DNA of 11,354 nt from Limisphaerales bacterium (GCA_965657355.1 CBFHOE010000016.1:37103-48456); one strand, 5' to 3'; positions 1-8,080 are shown, numbered from the stretch's first letter. Notes: generated by a model not told the origin, from the sequence alone. Translations and numbers: made by a program.

Positions 1-306
1 GAGCAAAAGAACCTCATTCATCACTGTCAGGCTGGAGTTGTATTGTGCGGAGGCACAGCAAGAACGCCACACATTGAATTTCTTGCAGAGCGGATATTTA
101 ATGCCCGCTGCTCTCGAGGTAGCGCAAAATCGATGCCGTCCATTCATGAAAAAATCGATACACCAGAATTTCTTACCTGCCTTGGGCTTTTAAAATTCGG
201 ATCCTTTCATTTAAGGAAAGACAAGAGGCCATTGGCTGGATTATCTATAGCCCCATTCTCAATGGCAATCCCTGCACTATTTAAAAAAGAAGTCGCCAAA
301 AATTAG
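1..306 (+). CDS. ftsA: Cell division protein FtsA, C-terminal part (5'-truncated by window edge)
   Basis: Frame 1 is open from base 1: EQKNLIHHCQAGVVLCGGTARTPHIEFLAERIF...TPEFLTCLGLLKFG. This matches the FtsA pattern GxVLTGG..L....ELAE.VF...P.YATAVGLL.YG. Stop TAG at 304-306, immediately upstream of an ftsZ-like gene. The track start at 43 is an internal TTG. Confidence 0.88.
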   Translation, partial: EQKNLIHHCQAGVVLCGGTARTPHIEFLAERIFNARCSRGSAKSMPSIHEKIDTPEFLTCLGLLKFGSFHLRKDKRPLAGLSIAPFSMAIPALFKKEVAKN

Positions 307-358
307 GCCAACAACGGAATTTCAAAAGTATACAACAGAAACCGAGACCGAAAGTGAG

Positions 359-1840
359 ATGATGGAGAACAATCACGAATTTGATAAACCAAACCTAGAA
401 AACCTTTCTTCAAAGCAAATTTGTTTTATTGGATTGGGTACCGCTGCTTCAAATTGTATCAATCGAATGTCTCACAGCGAAAAGCATTCCAAGTTTGCAT
501 ATATTAGTTTAGATCTATCACAAGAAACTGGGCAAGAAATGGTGTGCGAAAATCTTTGGAATGTCTCTTTGACTCAAAGGCAGGTCGAAACATCTTTGAA
601 ATGCGATCTCTCTGACTTATCTGATTCCGATGACAGTGCTTTGGCAGCAAACATTATTAGTCAACTTTCAGAATTAATGGAGGGTTTCGATTCAGTTTTT
701 GTATTTGCTAATCTCGGTAGGCAATCAGGATCTTTGTTGTCGATGCTACTTGGACAAATTGCTGAAACCGTTTCAACTTCCTTTTACGGTATCAAATCTC
801 TTCCTCTAAAAATGGAGGGCTCTGCCCGTAAAAACAAGGCAGACGCCGTGATTGCTAAAACCCGCGCCGCCTATCACCAGCTTATTTTGATTCCATCTCA
901 GGTATGCTTCGAGGCATTGGATCCAAGGCCCAAGTTGCCGGCCGATTTTTATTCACTTATTGATGAGCGATATGCTGCTCTGCACGGAATGGTAAAAGAG
1001 TTGATCAACGGGCCAAATATTTTGCCCATTCGGTTGTCTGATTTTCAATCTATACTGAGCCTGGGTGGCAAAGGAGATCCTTTATTTTTTTCATCCTTTG
1101 GAATTGGAAAAAGTGCCGTGTCAAAAATTCTTTCTGAATTAAAAGGGAATTTGCAAATAGAGTCATGGGCAGGATGCCACCAACCCAGTGATATACTTTT
1201 ATTTTGTAATGCGTCCGGAGGACTATCTTGTGAGACTATTGATATACTAGTCGAAAGCGTGGATAGAATTTTTCCTCACAGCCAAACTCTGGTAGGTGGT
1301 GCTGACAAATCAACCAATGATGATGATGAACCAAAACTAGAAGTTTTACTCTTTGCTTTGCAGAGAGAGGAGAGAACAGCCGACGACATTGATTATCTAA
1401 CCATCGCTTCCAAGGATACTGCGACTGGCGTGCCAAAATATCACAGCCAGCGTGTCGAGAATATCCATGAAGATGAGCTGAGTAGTGAGTTTATTGATCC
1501 TTTTGATGGGAATTCAGAGTTGTCTCTTGAGGCTATCGATACATTAAAAACTCAAGAATCGGGTGCTAACGAAAAACCACGGGCTGATTTTTCGAAAGCC
1601 CAAGAAAACGCCTACATTGCTCCCGCGCCCGACATGAGCGCCGAACTTAAACAGGAAATCCTGAAGCAAAAGAAAAGGGCCGGCAAAAGAAAAGAAGCTA
1701 AGCAAATTGAAGCACTTCAGGAGCAACTTCCATTGGCCATCATTTCCCGTGGTCGTTTTGAAGGTTCTGAAGAAAGTCTTTATTCCGGGCAAGATTTAGA
1801 TATACCGACTTTTATTCGCAAAGGAATAGATATCCGATAA
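359..1840 (+). CDS. ftsZ: FtsZ-family cell division protein, highly divergent (GTPase motifs degenerate)
   Basis: 493 aa, directly after ftsA. Colinear FtsZ landmarks: FIGLGTAASNCINRM, DSVFVFANLGRQSGS, PLKMEGSARKNKA, LILIPSQ, PNILPIRLSDFQSIL, a long acidic linker, and the conserved C-terminal peptide DLDIPTFIRK (1793-1822). Tandem ATGs at 359 and 362. Confidence 0.88.
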   Translation: MMENNHEFDKPNLENLSSKQICFIGLGTAASNCINRMSHSEKHSKFAYISLDLSQETGQEMVCENLWNVSLTQRQVETSLKCDLSDLSDSDDSALAANIISQLSELMEGFDSVFVFANLGRQSGSLLSMLLGQIAETVSTSFYGIKSLPLKMEGSARKNKADAVIAKTRAAYHQLILIPSQVCFEALDPRPKLPADFYSLIDERYAALHGMVKELINGPNILPIRLSDFQSILSLGGKGDPLFFSSFGIGKSAVSKILSELKGNLQIESWAGCHQPSDILLFCNASGGLSCETIDILVESVDRIFPHSQTLVGGADKSTNDDDEPKLEVLLFALQREERTADDIDYLTIASKDTATGVPKYHSQRVENIHEDELSSEFIDPFDGNSELSLEAIDTLKTQESGANEKPRADFSKAQENAYIAPAPDMSAELKQEILKQKKRAGKRKEAKQIEALQEQLPLAIISRGRFEGSEESLYSGQDLDIPTFIRKGIDIR

Positions 1841-1921
1841 CTCAACTGGAGAGTCGTCGCCGTGATGATTCTATTGATTGAAAGTGAATACGGTGTAATT
1901 TAACCACTCTGATTCGTTTAA

Positions 1922-3196
1922 ATGATACAAGAGTGGACATTATTTGTTGTTTCCTTTGTTTTGGCCGTTGCCGGTGGGTTCCTTTTTGCAATGGCCGAAA
2001 CATCATTCAGTGCTTTGAGGAGATGGCAAATAAGGTCCATAATGGTTCACCCCAAGTCACAAGCCGGGAAATTCCAACAGCTTCTTTCCTGCAGGGAGGC
2101 TGTATTAGCGGTCTTTGTTCTTGGTAATGCCCTTTGTAACGGCGTGTTCATTCTTTGTGGGCTTTGGATCATGATAAAATTATCATGGGCTCCTGAGCTA
2201 GTATTTCTTGGCCAATTCTTGTTCATACTGTTTATCACTGAAGTATTACCAAAGGCACTGGTCGTAAGTAACCCAACTCGTTGGGCTCTGAGACTCCAAA
2301 GTTTTTTTATATGGAGCGATACATTGATAGGCCCTTTGACCAGACTACTTCTTAGGGTTAATGATAAGATTTTCTTTAGTAGGCTCCCACGGGAAGTTAA
2401 AAGCCAGCAATCAGTTAGTGATGATGATGTTGAGCAACTTCTCGAAATAGCTTCTCAAAAAGGAGCTGTTGGGAATGTAGAAAAGGAAATGATTCATGCT
2501 ATTATCACTCTAGACAACCAAACGGCTGATGACGCTATGAACCCTCGATTAGAGCTCGATGGAGTCGAAGTGACTTCCTCTCCTGAGGAAATGTTAGCAG
2601 AGGCTCGCAGACAGCGTCATCGTAGACTTATACTTTATAAACAAAACAAAGAGCACATAATTGGTTTTCTTAATACCCGCACTTACCTCCTAACACAAAA
2701 CTTGGAAGAAGCATTCGAAGTGCCATCTTATGTTCCTGAAAGTATCAACTTACTCACTTTATTTGTCAGTCTTCAAAAGCAGAGAAGAGGTATAGCAGTC
2801 GTGCTTGATGAATTTGGTTCACCGTCAGGGATTATCACCATGGAGGATATTCTTGAGGAAATAGTTGGAAATATCCAGAGTGAGGGAAGGCCAGACGAAA
2901 AACTCATAAAAACTGTTGCTCCCGGACACTGGGTAGTTAAGGGAAATGCAAGAGTTGAGGATTTTCAGGAATCTTATGCTCCTATAAATGAGAACGATGA
3001 TGTCGACACTTTAGGTGGACTCTTCTTATCCGTTCATCAAGTCATTCCAAAACCCGGAGATTCTGTCCAATACGGACCCTATCAATTCAAAATTCTTCAA
3101 GCAGATGAGAAACGCATTCTTGAGATGGAAATCAGTAATAAGAAAAAGATAGCTGACCATCCACTGAATAAATATACAGGTAAAGGTAGTTCATGA
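1922..3196 (+). CDS. CNNM/CorB (TlyC, hemolysin-like) family protein: DUF21 transmembrane domain, CBS pair and CorC_HlyC domain; putative Mg2+/Co2+ transporter
   Basis: TM1 motif FLFAMAETSFSAL, LGNALCN, TEVLPK, CBS motif AVVLDEFGSPSGIITMEDILEEIVGNI, and C-terminal DVDTLGGLF...IPKPGD...RI typical of CorC_HlyC. Confidence 0.93.
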   Translation: MIQEWTLFVVSFVLAVAGGFLFAMAETSFSALRRWQIRSIMVHPKSQAGKFQQLLSCREAVLAVFVLGNALCNGVFILCGLWIMIKLSWAPELVFLGQFLFILFITEVLPKALVVSNPTRWALRLQSFFIWSDTLIGPLTRLLLRVNDKIFFSRLPREVKSQQSVSDDDVEQLLEIASQKGAVGNVEKEMIHAIITLDNQTADDAMNPRLELDGVEVTSSPEEMLAEARRQRHRRLILYKQNKEHIIGFLNTRTYLLTQNLEEAFEVPSYVPESINLLTLFVSLQKQRRGIAVVLDEFGSPSGIITMEDILEEIVGNIQSEGRPDEKLIKTVAPGHWVVKGNARVEDFQESYAPINENDDVDTLGGLFLSVHQVIPKPGDSVQYGPYQFKILQADEKRILEMEISNKKKIADHPLNKYTGKGSS

Positions 3197-4254
3197 ATTT
3201 GTTTCTCAGTAATTTCCACAACCCACCTCTTTTGCTTCTAACCAACTCCTCCGAAGGTATAGGTTCAGAGCTTAGTATTGGGCATTTGATATTGGCGATT
3301 ATGTGTTTGGCCTTGTCTGGTTTTTTGAGTGGGATGGAGGCGGGTGTTCTCTCATTAAATAGGGAAAGACTAAGAGTATATATAAAGCAGGGGAGGAAAT
3401 CTGCCAGAATCCTCAATGAATACCTTTCACAGCCTGCTCATTTTTTGTGGACCATATTGGCAGGAAATATATTATTTAGTTTTGCCGCTCTGTTTTCTTT
3501 GGTTTTAGCCCTGATAAATCCTGCAAAGCAAAATCCTTGGTGGTTCGCAATTGGGTTTCTTATTTTTGTTATTATCTATGTTACTCTTTTCGATTTATTG
3601 CCAAAGTCATTGTATCAGAGGTTTCCTGCGAGGCTTTGCATGCATAGCGTTGGAATATTTAGGTTCATAACCTTAGTTCTAAAGCCTTTGGTTTGGATTG
3701 TTTCGGGCTTCGGTAATCTATTTCTGAAGCCATCAAAAGAATCCACATTTTTTGATCATTTTTATGAAAGCCGAGATCAAATAAAAACGGTTTTAAAAGA
3801 TTCATCGCAAATCTTTACACAGGAAGAAGGTGACTTGATAGCTAAAGTTATGGATCGCGGCGACAAGCCTGTTAGCAAGTGGATGCGTCCTATTGAATCT
3901 GCAATCAAGGTCAACCCAGATGATTCGGTTTATAGTTTTGTCGAAAAGTGTAAAGAAACTAAACTTAACAGGTTGCCAGTTATTGAAAGGGCCGCAGATA
4001 GGTATACAGCAATCGGGGAAATTGGACTTTATTCACTTCTTTTTGATGGCAAAGAATTATCATCTGAAAAAGTTTCTGAACATATGCTTGCTCCTATTTG
4101 TCTCTCTTCCAGCGCTTCAGTCCATGAAGCCTTATCTGCCATGCAGGTAAAAGGACGGAGGATGGCAATTATTATTGGGCGAGATAATGAAGCTTTGGGG
4201 CTTGTTACTTTGAACGACGTCCTTGGAATTATATTTGGAGAGGTTGACATATAA
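3193..4254 (+). CDS. CNNM/CorB family protein, short form (DUF21 and CBS pair, no CorC_HlyC domain)
   Basis: FLSGMEAGVLSLN, TILAGN, FDLLPKS, RLPVI, GLVTLNDVL. The protein ends right after the second CBS domain. ATGA overlap with the upstream stop (3193-3196), with AAAGGTAG upstream of the start. Confidence 0.9.
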   Translation: MNLFLSNFHNPPLLLLTNSSEGIGSELSIGHLILAIMCLALSGFLSGMEAGVLSLNRERLRVYIKQGRKSARILNEYLSQPAHFLWTILAGNILFSFAALFSLVLALINPAKQNPWWFAIGFLIFVIIYVTLFDLLPKSLYQRFPARLCMHSVGIFRFITLVLKPLVWIVSGFGNLFLKPSKESTFFDHFYESRDQIKTVLKDSSQIFTQEEGDLIAKVMDRGDKPVSKWMRPIESAIKVNPDDSVYSFVEKCKETKLNRLPVIERAADRYTAIGEIGLYSLLFDGKELSSEKVSEHMLAPICLSSSASVHEALSAMQVKGRRMAIIIGRDNEALGLVTLNDVLGIIFGEVDI

Positions 4255-5612
4255 TGATTGCTGCAGCAGATCTAGCAACAGGTGATTCCATCGGTCTAAT
4301 TGAAGGGATTTTCAAGTTTTTACTAGTTCTCTTTTTGGTGCTTTTAAATGGTTTTTTTGTTGCTGCCGAATTTGCTCTTGTAAAGGTGAGAGATACCCAG
4401 TTGCAGTCCTACGCAAAGCGTGGGCATGGCGGGGCAAAAGTCGCACGCAAAGTTATTTCGAATTTAGATGCGTGTTTAAGTGCAACGCAATTAGGAATCA
4501 CGCTAGCCAGTTTGGGGTTGGGCTGGTTCGCAGAGCCGTTTTTCGAAGCCATTCTGAATCCCGCTCTCAATTCCATAGGAATCCAATCAGCTGAGCTAAG
4601 GCATGGGATTTCTTTTGCCTTAGGGTTTTCAGTAATCACATTTTTACACATCGTGGCTGGTGAGCTGGCACCAAAGTCAGTAGCGATTCAGAAACCAGTG
4701 CCAACAACGCTCCTAATCTCCAGGCCTTTGATGCTTTTTTATAAGGTTTCTTATCCTTTCATTTGGATGTTAAACAAAGCGGCTTCGCAGCTTCTTAAGT
4801 TTTGTGGCCTAACTACTGTGCAAGAGTCAGAGCACATCCATACTGAAGAGGAACTTCGTTTGTTAATTCATTCTACCCAGGCACATTCTGGGGCAACAGC
4901 CTTGGAAACAGGCATCATTCTTAATGCTATGGACCTGCGGCACCGGAAATTAAGAGATGTGCTTAGGCCTAGAAATGAAATTGTAATTTTTGATACAACA
5001 ATGAGCCTTGATGATTGTTTTAGTAGAGTAGCAGAGACAAGGTTTTCAAGATATCCTCTCTGTAAAAATGGGGATATTGATCAGGCTATTGGAGTGGTGC
5101 ATCTTAAAGATTTGCACTCGTTCAGGAGTCATGCAGAACATGCCAGCGATCTCCGAGCTATCTCAAGATCCATGATATATATCCCTGAGGTTGCTCATTT
5201 AGAAAAGATTCTCGAACTCTTTCTTACCCGCAAATCTCATTTCGCATTTGTTGTCGATGAATTCGGGACAACCATTGGAATGGTCACGCTAGAGGATATT
5301 CTCGAAGAGCTTGTCGGCCAGATCCAGGATGAGCATGATCAAGAACAGCCACAGGTGATCTCCGTTGATAATCAAACTTGGCGTATCCAAGGTAATCTTC
5401 CAGTCCATGAATTTGAGGATATCCTCGGCATGGAATTACAAGAATCGGATGGAGTGACCTCCGTTAGTGGTTGGATCACTAAAGAGTTGGGTGGGTTTCC
5501 AAGAAAAGACGATATTCTCAATATGAATGGGTATCATATAAGAGTTACCGAATTAGATGGCCCCAAAGTGCAGTGGCTTGAACTCCGAAAGGGATCCTCT
5601 CACGAATCTTAA
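4254..5612 (+). CDS. CNNM/CorB (TlyC/YrkA/MpfA-like) family protein: DUF21, CBS pair and CorC_HlyC
   Basis: Canonical motifs LNGFFVAAEFALVKVR, LSATQLGITLASLGLGW, LHIVAGELAPKS, FSRYP, VVDEFGTTIGMVTLEDILEELVGQIQDEHD. TAATG overlap at 4252-4256, with GGAGAGG upstream. Confidence 0.95.
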   Translation: MIAAADLATGDSIGLIEGIFKFLLVLFLVLLNGFFVAAEFALVKVRDTQLQSYAKRGHGGAKVARKVISNLDACLSATQLGITLASLGLGWFAEPFFEAILNPALNSIGIQSAELRHGISFALGFSVITFLHIVAGELAPKSVAIQKPVPTTLLISRPLMLFYKVSYPFIWMLNKAASQLLKFCGLTTVQESEHIHTEEELRLLIHSTQAHSGATALETGIILNAMDLRHRKLRDVLRPRNEIVIFDTTMSLDDCFSRVAETRFSRYPLCKNGDIDQAIGVVHLKDLHSFRSHAEHASDLRAISRSMIYIPEVAHLEKILELFLTRKSHFAFVVDEFGTTIGMVTLEDILEELVGQIQDEHDQEQPQVISVDNQTWRIQGNLPVHEFEDILGMELQESDGVTSVSGWITKELGGFPRKDDILNMNGYHIRVTELDGPKVQWLELRKGSSHES

Positions 5613-5626
5613 ACCTAAATGGGTTT
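5611..5626. terminator. Weak hairpin between convergent stop codons
   Basis: AAACC(T)-AAAT-(G)GGTTT spans the 13-nt gap between the convergent stops at 5612 and 5626. The stem is short and AT-rich, so function is doubtful. Confidence 0.2.
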
Positions 5627-6372
5627 TAAAACCATTTTTCCCGCCACATATTAACGGTCATTTTGTCGGCTCTTAACCAGCCCGCATGACCATCATAATA
5701 AAGATTGTTAGGTCCTCCATTGTGTCTATCAGCTGCAACCCTTCTTCCATGACTAATATCTTTGGTTCTTGAGCTCGAAAGGTGGCCCGGATGCCAGACG
5801 TCATGTCTTCTCAATTCAGGATCACGTAAGCCTTTTATAATCGGGCGCCAAGGACCGTCCTCGTTGTCGGCAATGTAAATTGTTGCTGAAGGTCTTTGGA
5901 ATCTATCAAGTGGAGTCGGGTCATTTACTTCAAAACCTATCCTGTCTCGGTGATTTCGAAAGCTCCACGAGCTATCCACATAGCAAATAATTTGTTTGGG
6001 ATCTGGATAAGACGGACATCTGAAAATTCTGGATCGCGAAAAATCTATTCTAGTTTCACTTAATTGGCCTCCTCCCCTATTTTGAAATTTGACCCCTTCG
6101 GGCATGTATGGCATGTAAGCAAGAAACCAAAGCACTCGGTTGCCTCTCGGAATTAGGCCATTGTAATCTTGTGAATACATAATCATGGCCATCCCCGTTT
6201 GCTTTAAATTATTGAGACAATAAGTTTTCTTTGCTTTTCCCTTGGCTTTGGCCAGGGCTGGGACGAGCATTGATGCCAGGATGGCGATTATCGCTATAAC
6301 GACCAGAAGCTCAATTAAGGTAAAGCCACGCTTATGAACCATTCGCCTGGGCGCAAATGTATTGGAGGTCAT
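5626..6372 (-). CDS. Prepilin-type N-terminal cleavage/methylation protein with C-terminal H-X9-DG motif (DUF1559-like, PVC-expanded family)
   Basis: [31 protein letters not shown]...CLNNLKQ.G.A..MY..DY, FRCPS, and [12 protein letters not shown] at 5724-5689. Start is uncertain: TTG 6378, ATG 6372 or ATG 6342. Confidence 0.93.
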   Translation of the reverse strand: MTSNTFAPRRMVHKRGFTLIELLVVIAIIAILASMLVPALAKAKGKAKKTYCLNNLKQTGMAMIMYSQDYNGLIPRGNRVLWFLAYMPYMPEGVKFQNRGGGQLSETRIDFSRSRIFRCPSYPDPKQIICYVDSSWSFRNHRDRIGFEVNDPTPLDRFQRPSATIYIADNEDGPWRPIIKGLRDPELRRHDVWHPGHLSSSRTKDISHGRRVAADRHNGGPNNLYYDGHAGWLRADKMTVNMWREKWF

Positions 6373-6561
6373 TTTCAAAGCTTGAAATTAAGTCTGAAAC
6401 TTGTAAAGGCTTATATTCATTTCAAATCTCTACAAAACGTTGGGGCCAACTCATAATATACCTGATACTGGCCAATTACATCTTCTCATTTAAATTATTC
6501 TTTCGTAATATAGAACGCACCTCCTAACCTTTTAGAAGCAAAACAGCCCAATATGTATATC

Positions 6562-6567
6562 TATAAT
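6562..6567 (+). promoter_or_regulatory. Candidate -10 element for the sulfatase genes
   Basis: Perfect TATAAT ending 9 nt before ATG 6577. No recognisable -35, and the AT-rich context makes a chance match plausible. Confidence 0.25.
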
Positions 6568-6576
6568 TTTGATAAA

Positions 6577-8019
6577 ATGAGGACTCTAAATACTTTGTTT
6601 TTACTCCTTGCAGTATGTGCCTTTCCCTTTCTAGCGCATGGCGAGAAGGGTTCGAAACCCAAAAACATATTATTTATTATTTCAGATGATCTGAGCTCAA
6701 AGGCACTTCGTTGTTATGGTAATAAAGAAGTCCTAACTCCTAACCTTGATAAATTAGCGAGTGAAGGTGTCTTATTTGAAAAGGCTTATTGTCAATTCCC
6801 GGTATGTGGAGCTGCCAGGGCTTCGCTAATGTCGGGACAATATGCACCTTCCATTGGCGTCATGGGTAATGGAGGGTCTTCCAAATTTACTCAAAATCTG
6901 GGATCTCATCTCACGTGGAGCCAGCTTTACAAAAATAATGGTTATTATTCTGCCCGCGTCTCAAAAATTTACCATATGAGAGTGCCTGGTGATATTACAG
7001 CAGGTGTTAGTGGACCAGACCACGGGCCCTCATGGACTGAATTTTTTAATTGCCAGGGACCCGAATGGATGTCTGATGGAAGGCGTGAACATCTAACGAA
7101 CGAGCGATTGAAGTTCGATAAAAATGGGCATTATAATCTTGGGTTTGGGAGTGCATTCTATGTCGTTGAAGGGTCTACCAATGGGCTAGAGCAACCGGAT
7201 GTAAAAGCTGTAAACAAAGCCATCGAAATAATGAGACGACACTCGGTGGATCCATTTTTTCTCGCGGTGGGTTTTGTTAGACCTCATGTCCCCCTCGTCG
7301 CACCCGCCGAGTTTTTTAAGCCCTATGACAATCAAGAACTCACTGTTGCTGAAGTTCCCAAGGACGATTGGGATGATATTCCTAAGGTGGGTATTAGTTT
7401 GAATTCTAAAAAAAATGGTCTTTTTCAGAATCCTTCTAAGAAGCAAAAAGTACTGGAAGCATATTATGCATCAGTCTCATTCATGGATGCGCAAGTTGGA
7501 CGTCTTCTCCAGGCTTTAGATCTTCTAAAACTAAGGGATGATACTCTTGTCATTTTTACTAGTGACCATGGATATCACCTGGGGGAACATGACTTATGGC
7601 AAAAAGTTAGCTTACATGAGGAAAGTGTCCAAGTGCCATTGATAATGTCAGGACCTGGTGTCATACAAAATGTTCGGAATTCCAGTCTCATCCAACATAT
7701 TGATCTTTATCCTACAGTAGCTCGTATGTCTGGCTTGAAGGTGCCGGTTGGATGTCAAGGCTCCGACGTGCGATTGGCAATCAAAGAAAATCAGCATATT
7801 GATCGGCCCTTTATTCATTCTTGCACAGGTCGAGGACATTTGCTGCGCAGTGAGAAATACGCCTTCATTAAGTATAATGACGGTTCATTAGAACTTTATG
7901 ACATGGAATTAGACCCGAAACAATTTCGTAACTTGGCTAAAAATCCGGACAGTAAATCAAAATTAATTATCAAAAACTTCAATAAACAACTAGAAAATTT
8001 TTTGAAAGAGATTATGTGA
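6577..8019 (+). CDS. Family S1 (formylglycine-dependent) sulfatase, iduronate-2-sulfatase/choline-sulfatase-like, with signal peptide
   Basis: PKNILFIISDDL, TPNLDKLA, active-site CGAARASLMSG (Cys at 6805-6807), SKIYH, PFFLAVGFVRPHVP, FTSDHGYHLGEH, ELYD...DP....NLA. ATG 6577 gives a clean signal peptide MRTLNTLFLLLAVCAFPFLAHG. The track start at 6553 is an alternative. Confidence 0.93.
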   Translation: MRTLNTLFLLLAVCAFPFLAHGEKGSKPKNILFIISDDLSSKALRCYGNKEVLTPNLDKLASEGVLFEKAYCQFPVCGAARASLMSGQYAPSIGVMGNGGSSKFTQNLGSHLTWSQLYKNNGYYSARVSKIYHMRVPGDITAGVSGPDHGPSWTEFFNCQGPEWMSDGRREHLTNERLKFDKNGHYNLGFGSAFYVVEGSTNGLEQPDVKAVNKAIEIMRRHSVDPFFLAVGFVRPHVPLVAPAEFFKPYDNQELTVAEVPKDDWDDIPKVGISLNSKKNGLFQNPSKKQKVLEAYYASVSFMDAQVGRLLQALDLLKLRDDTLVIFTSDHGYHLGEHDLWQKVSLHEESVQVPLIMSGPGVIQNVRNSSLIQHIDLYPTVARMSGLKVPVGCQGSDVRLAIKENQHIDRPFIHSCTGRGHLLRSEKYAFIKYNDGSLELYDMELDPKQFRNLAKNPDSKSKLIIKNFNKQLENFLKEIM

Positions 8020-8080
8020 TATTTTATAAACCACTCACATCTCCAAAATATTTATCCAATTAAAATAATCTTCAGAAATT

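Noticed and set aside
359..1840. ftsZ as a pseudogene, or as a tubulin/BtubAB/TubZ gene
   Set aside because: The frame is uninterrupted, the C-terminal FtsZ peptide is intact and the gene follows ftsA. No tubulin-specific features were seen.
1841..1921. Possible riboswitch upstream of the CNNM genes (CTGGAGAG...CGCCG is glycine-like; TGATGATTCTA is fluoride-like)
   Set aside because: Only fragments match, the required helices and remaining conserved motifs cannot be built, and the gap is too short for an M-box. An Rfam scan would settle it.
1922..5612. Hemolysin or virulence cluster
   Set aside because: The hemolysin label for TlyC/CorB proteins is a legacy annotation. The domain content indicates divalent-cation transport.
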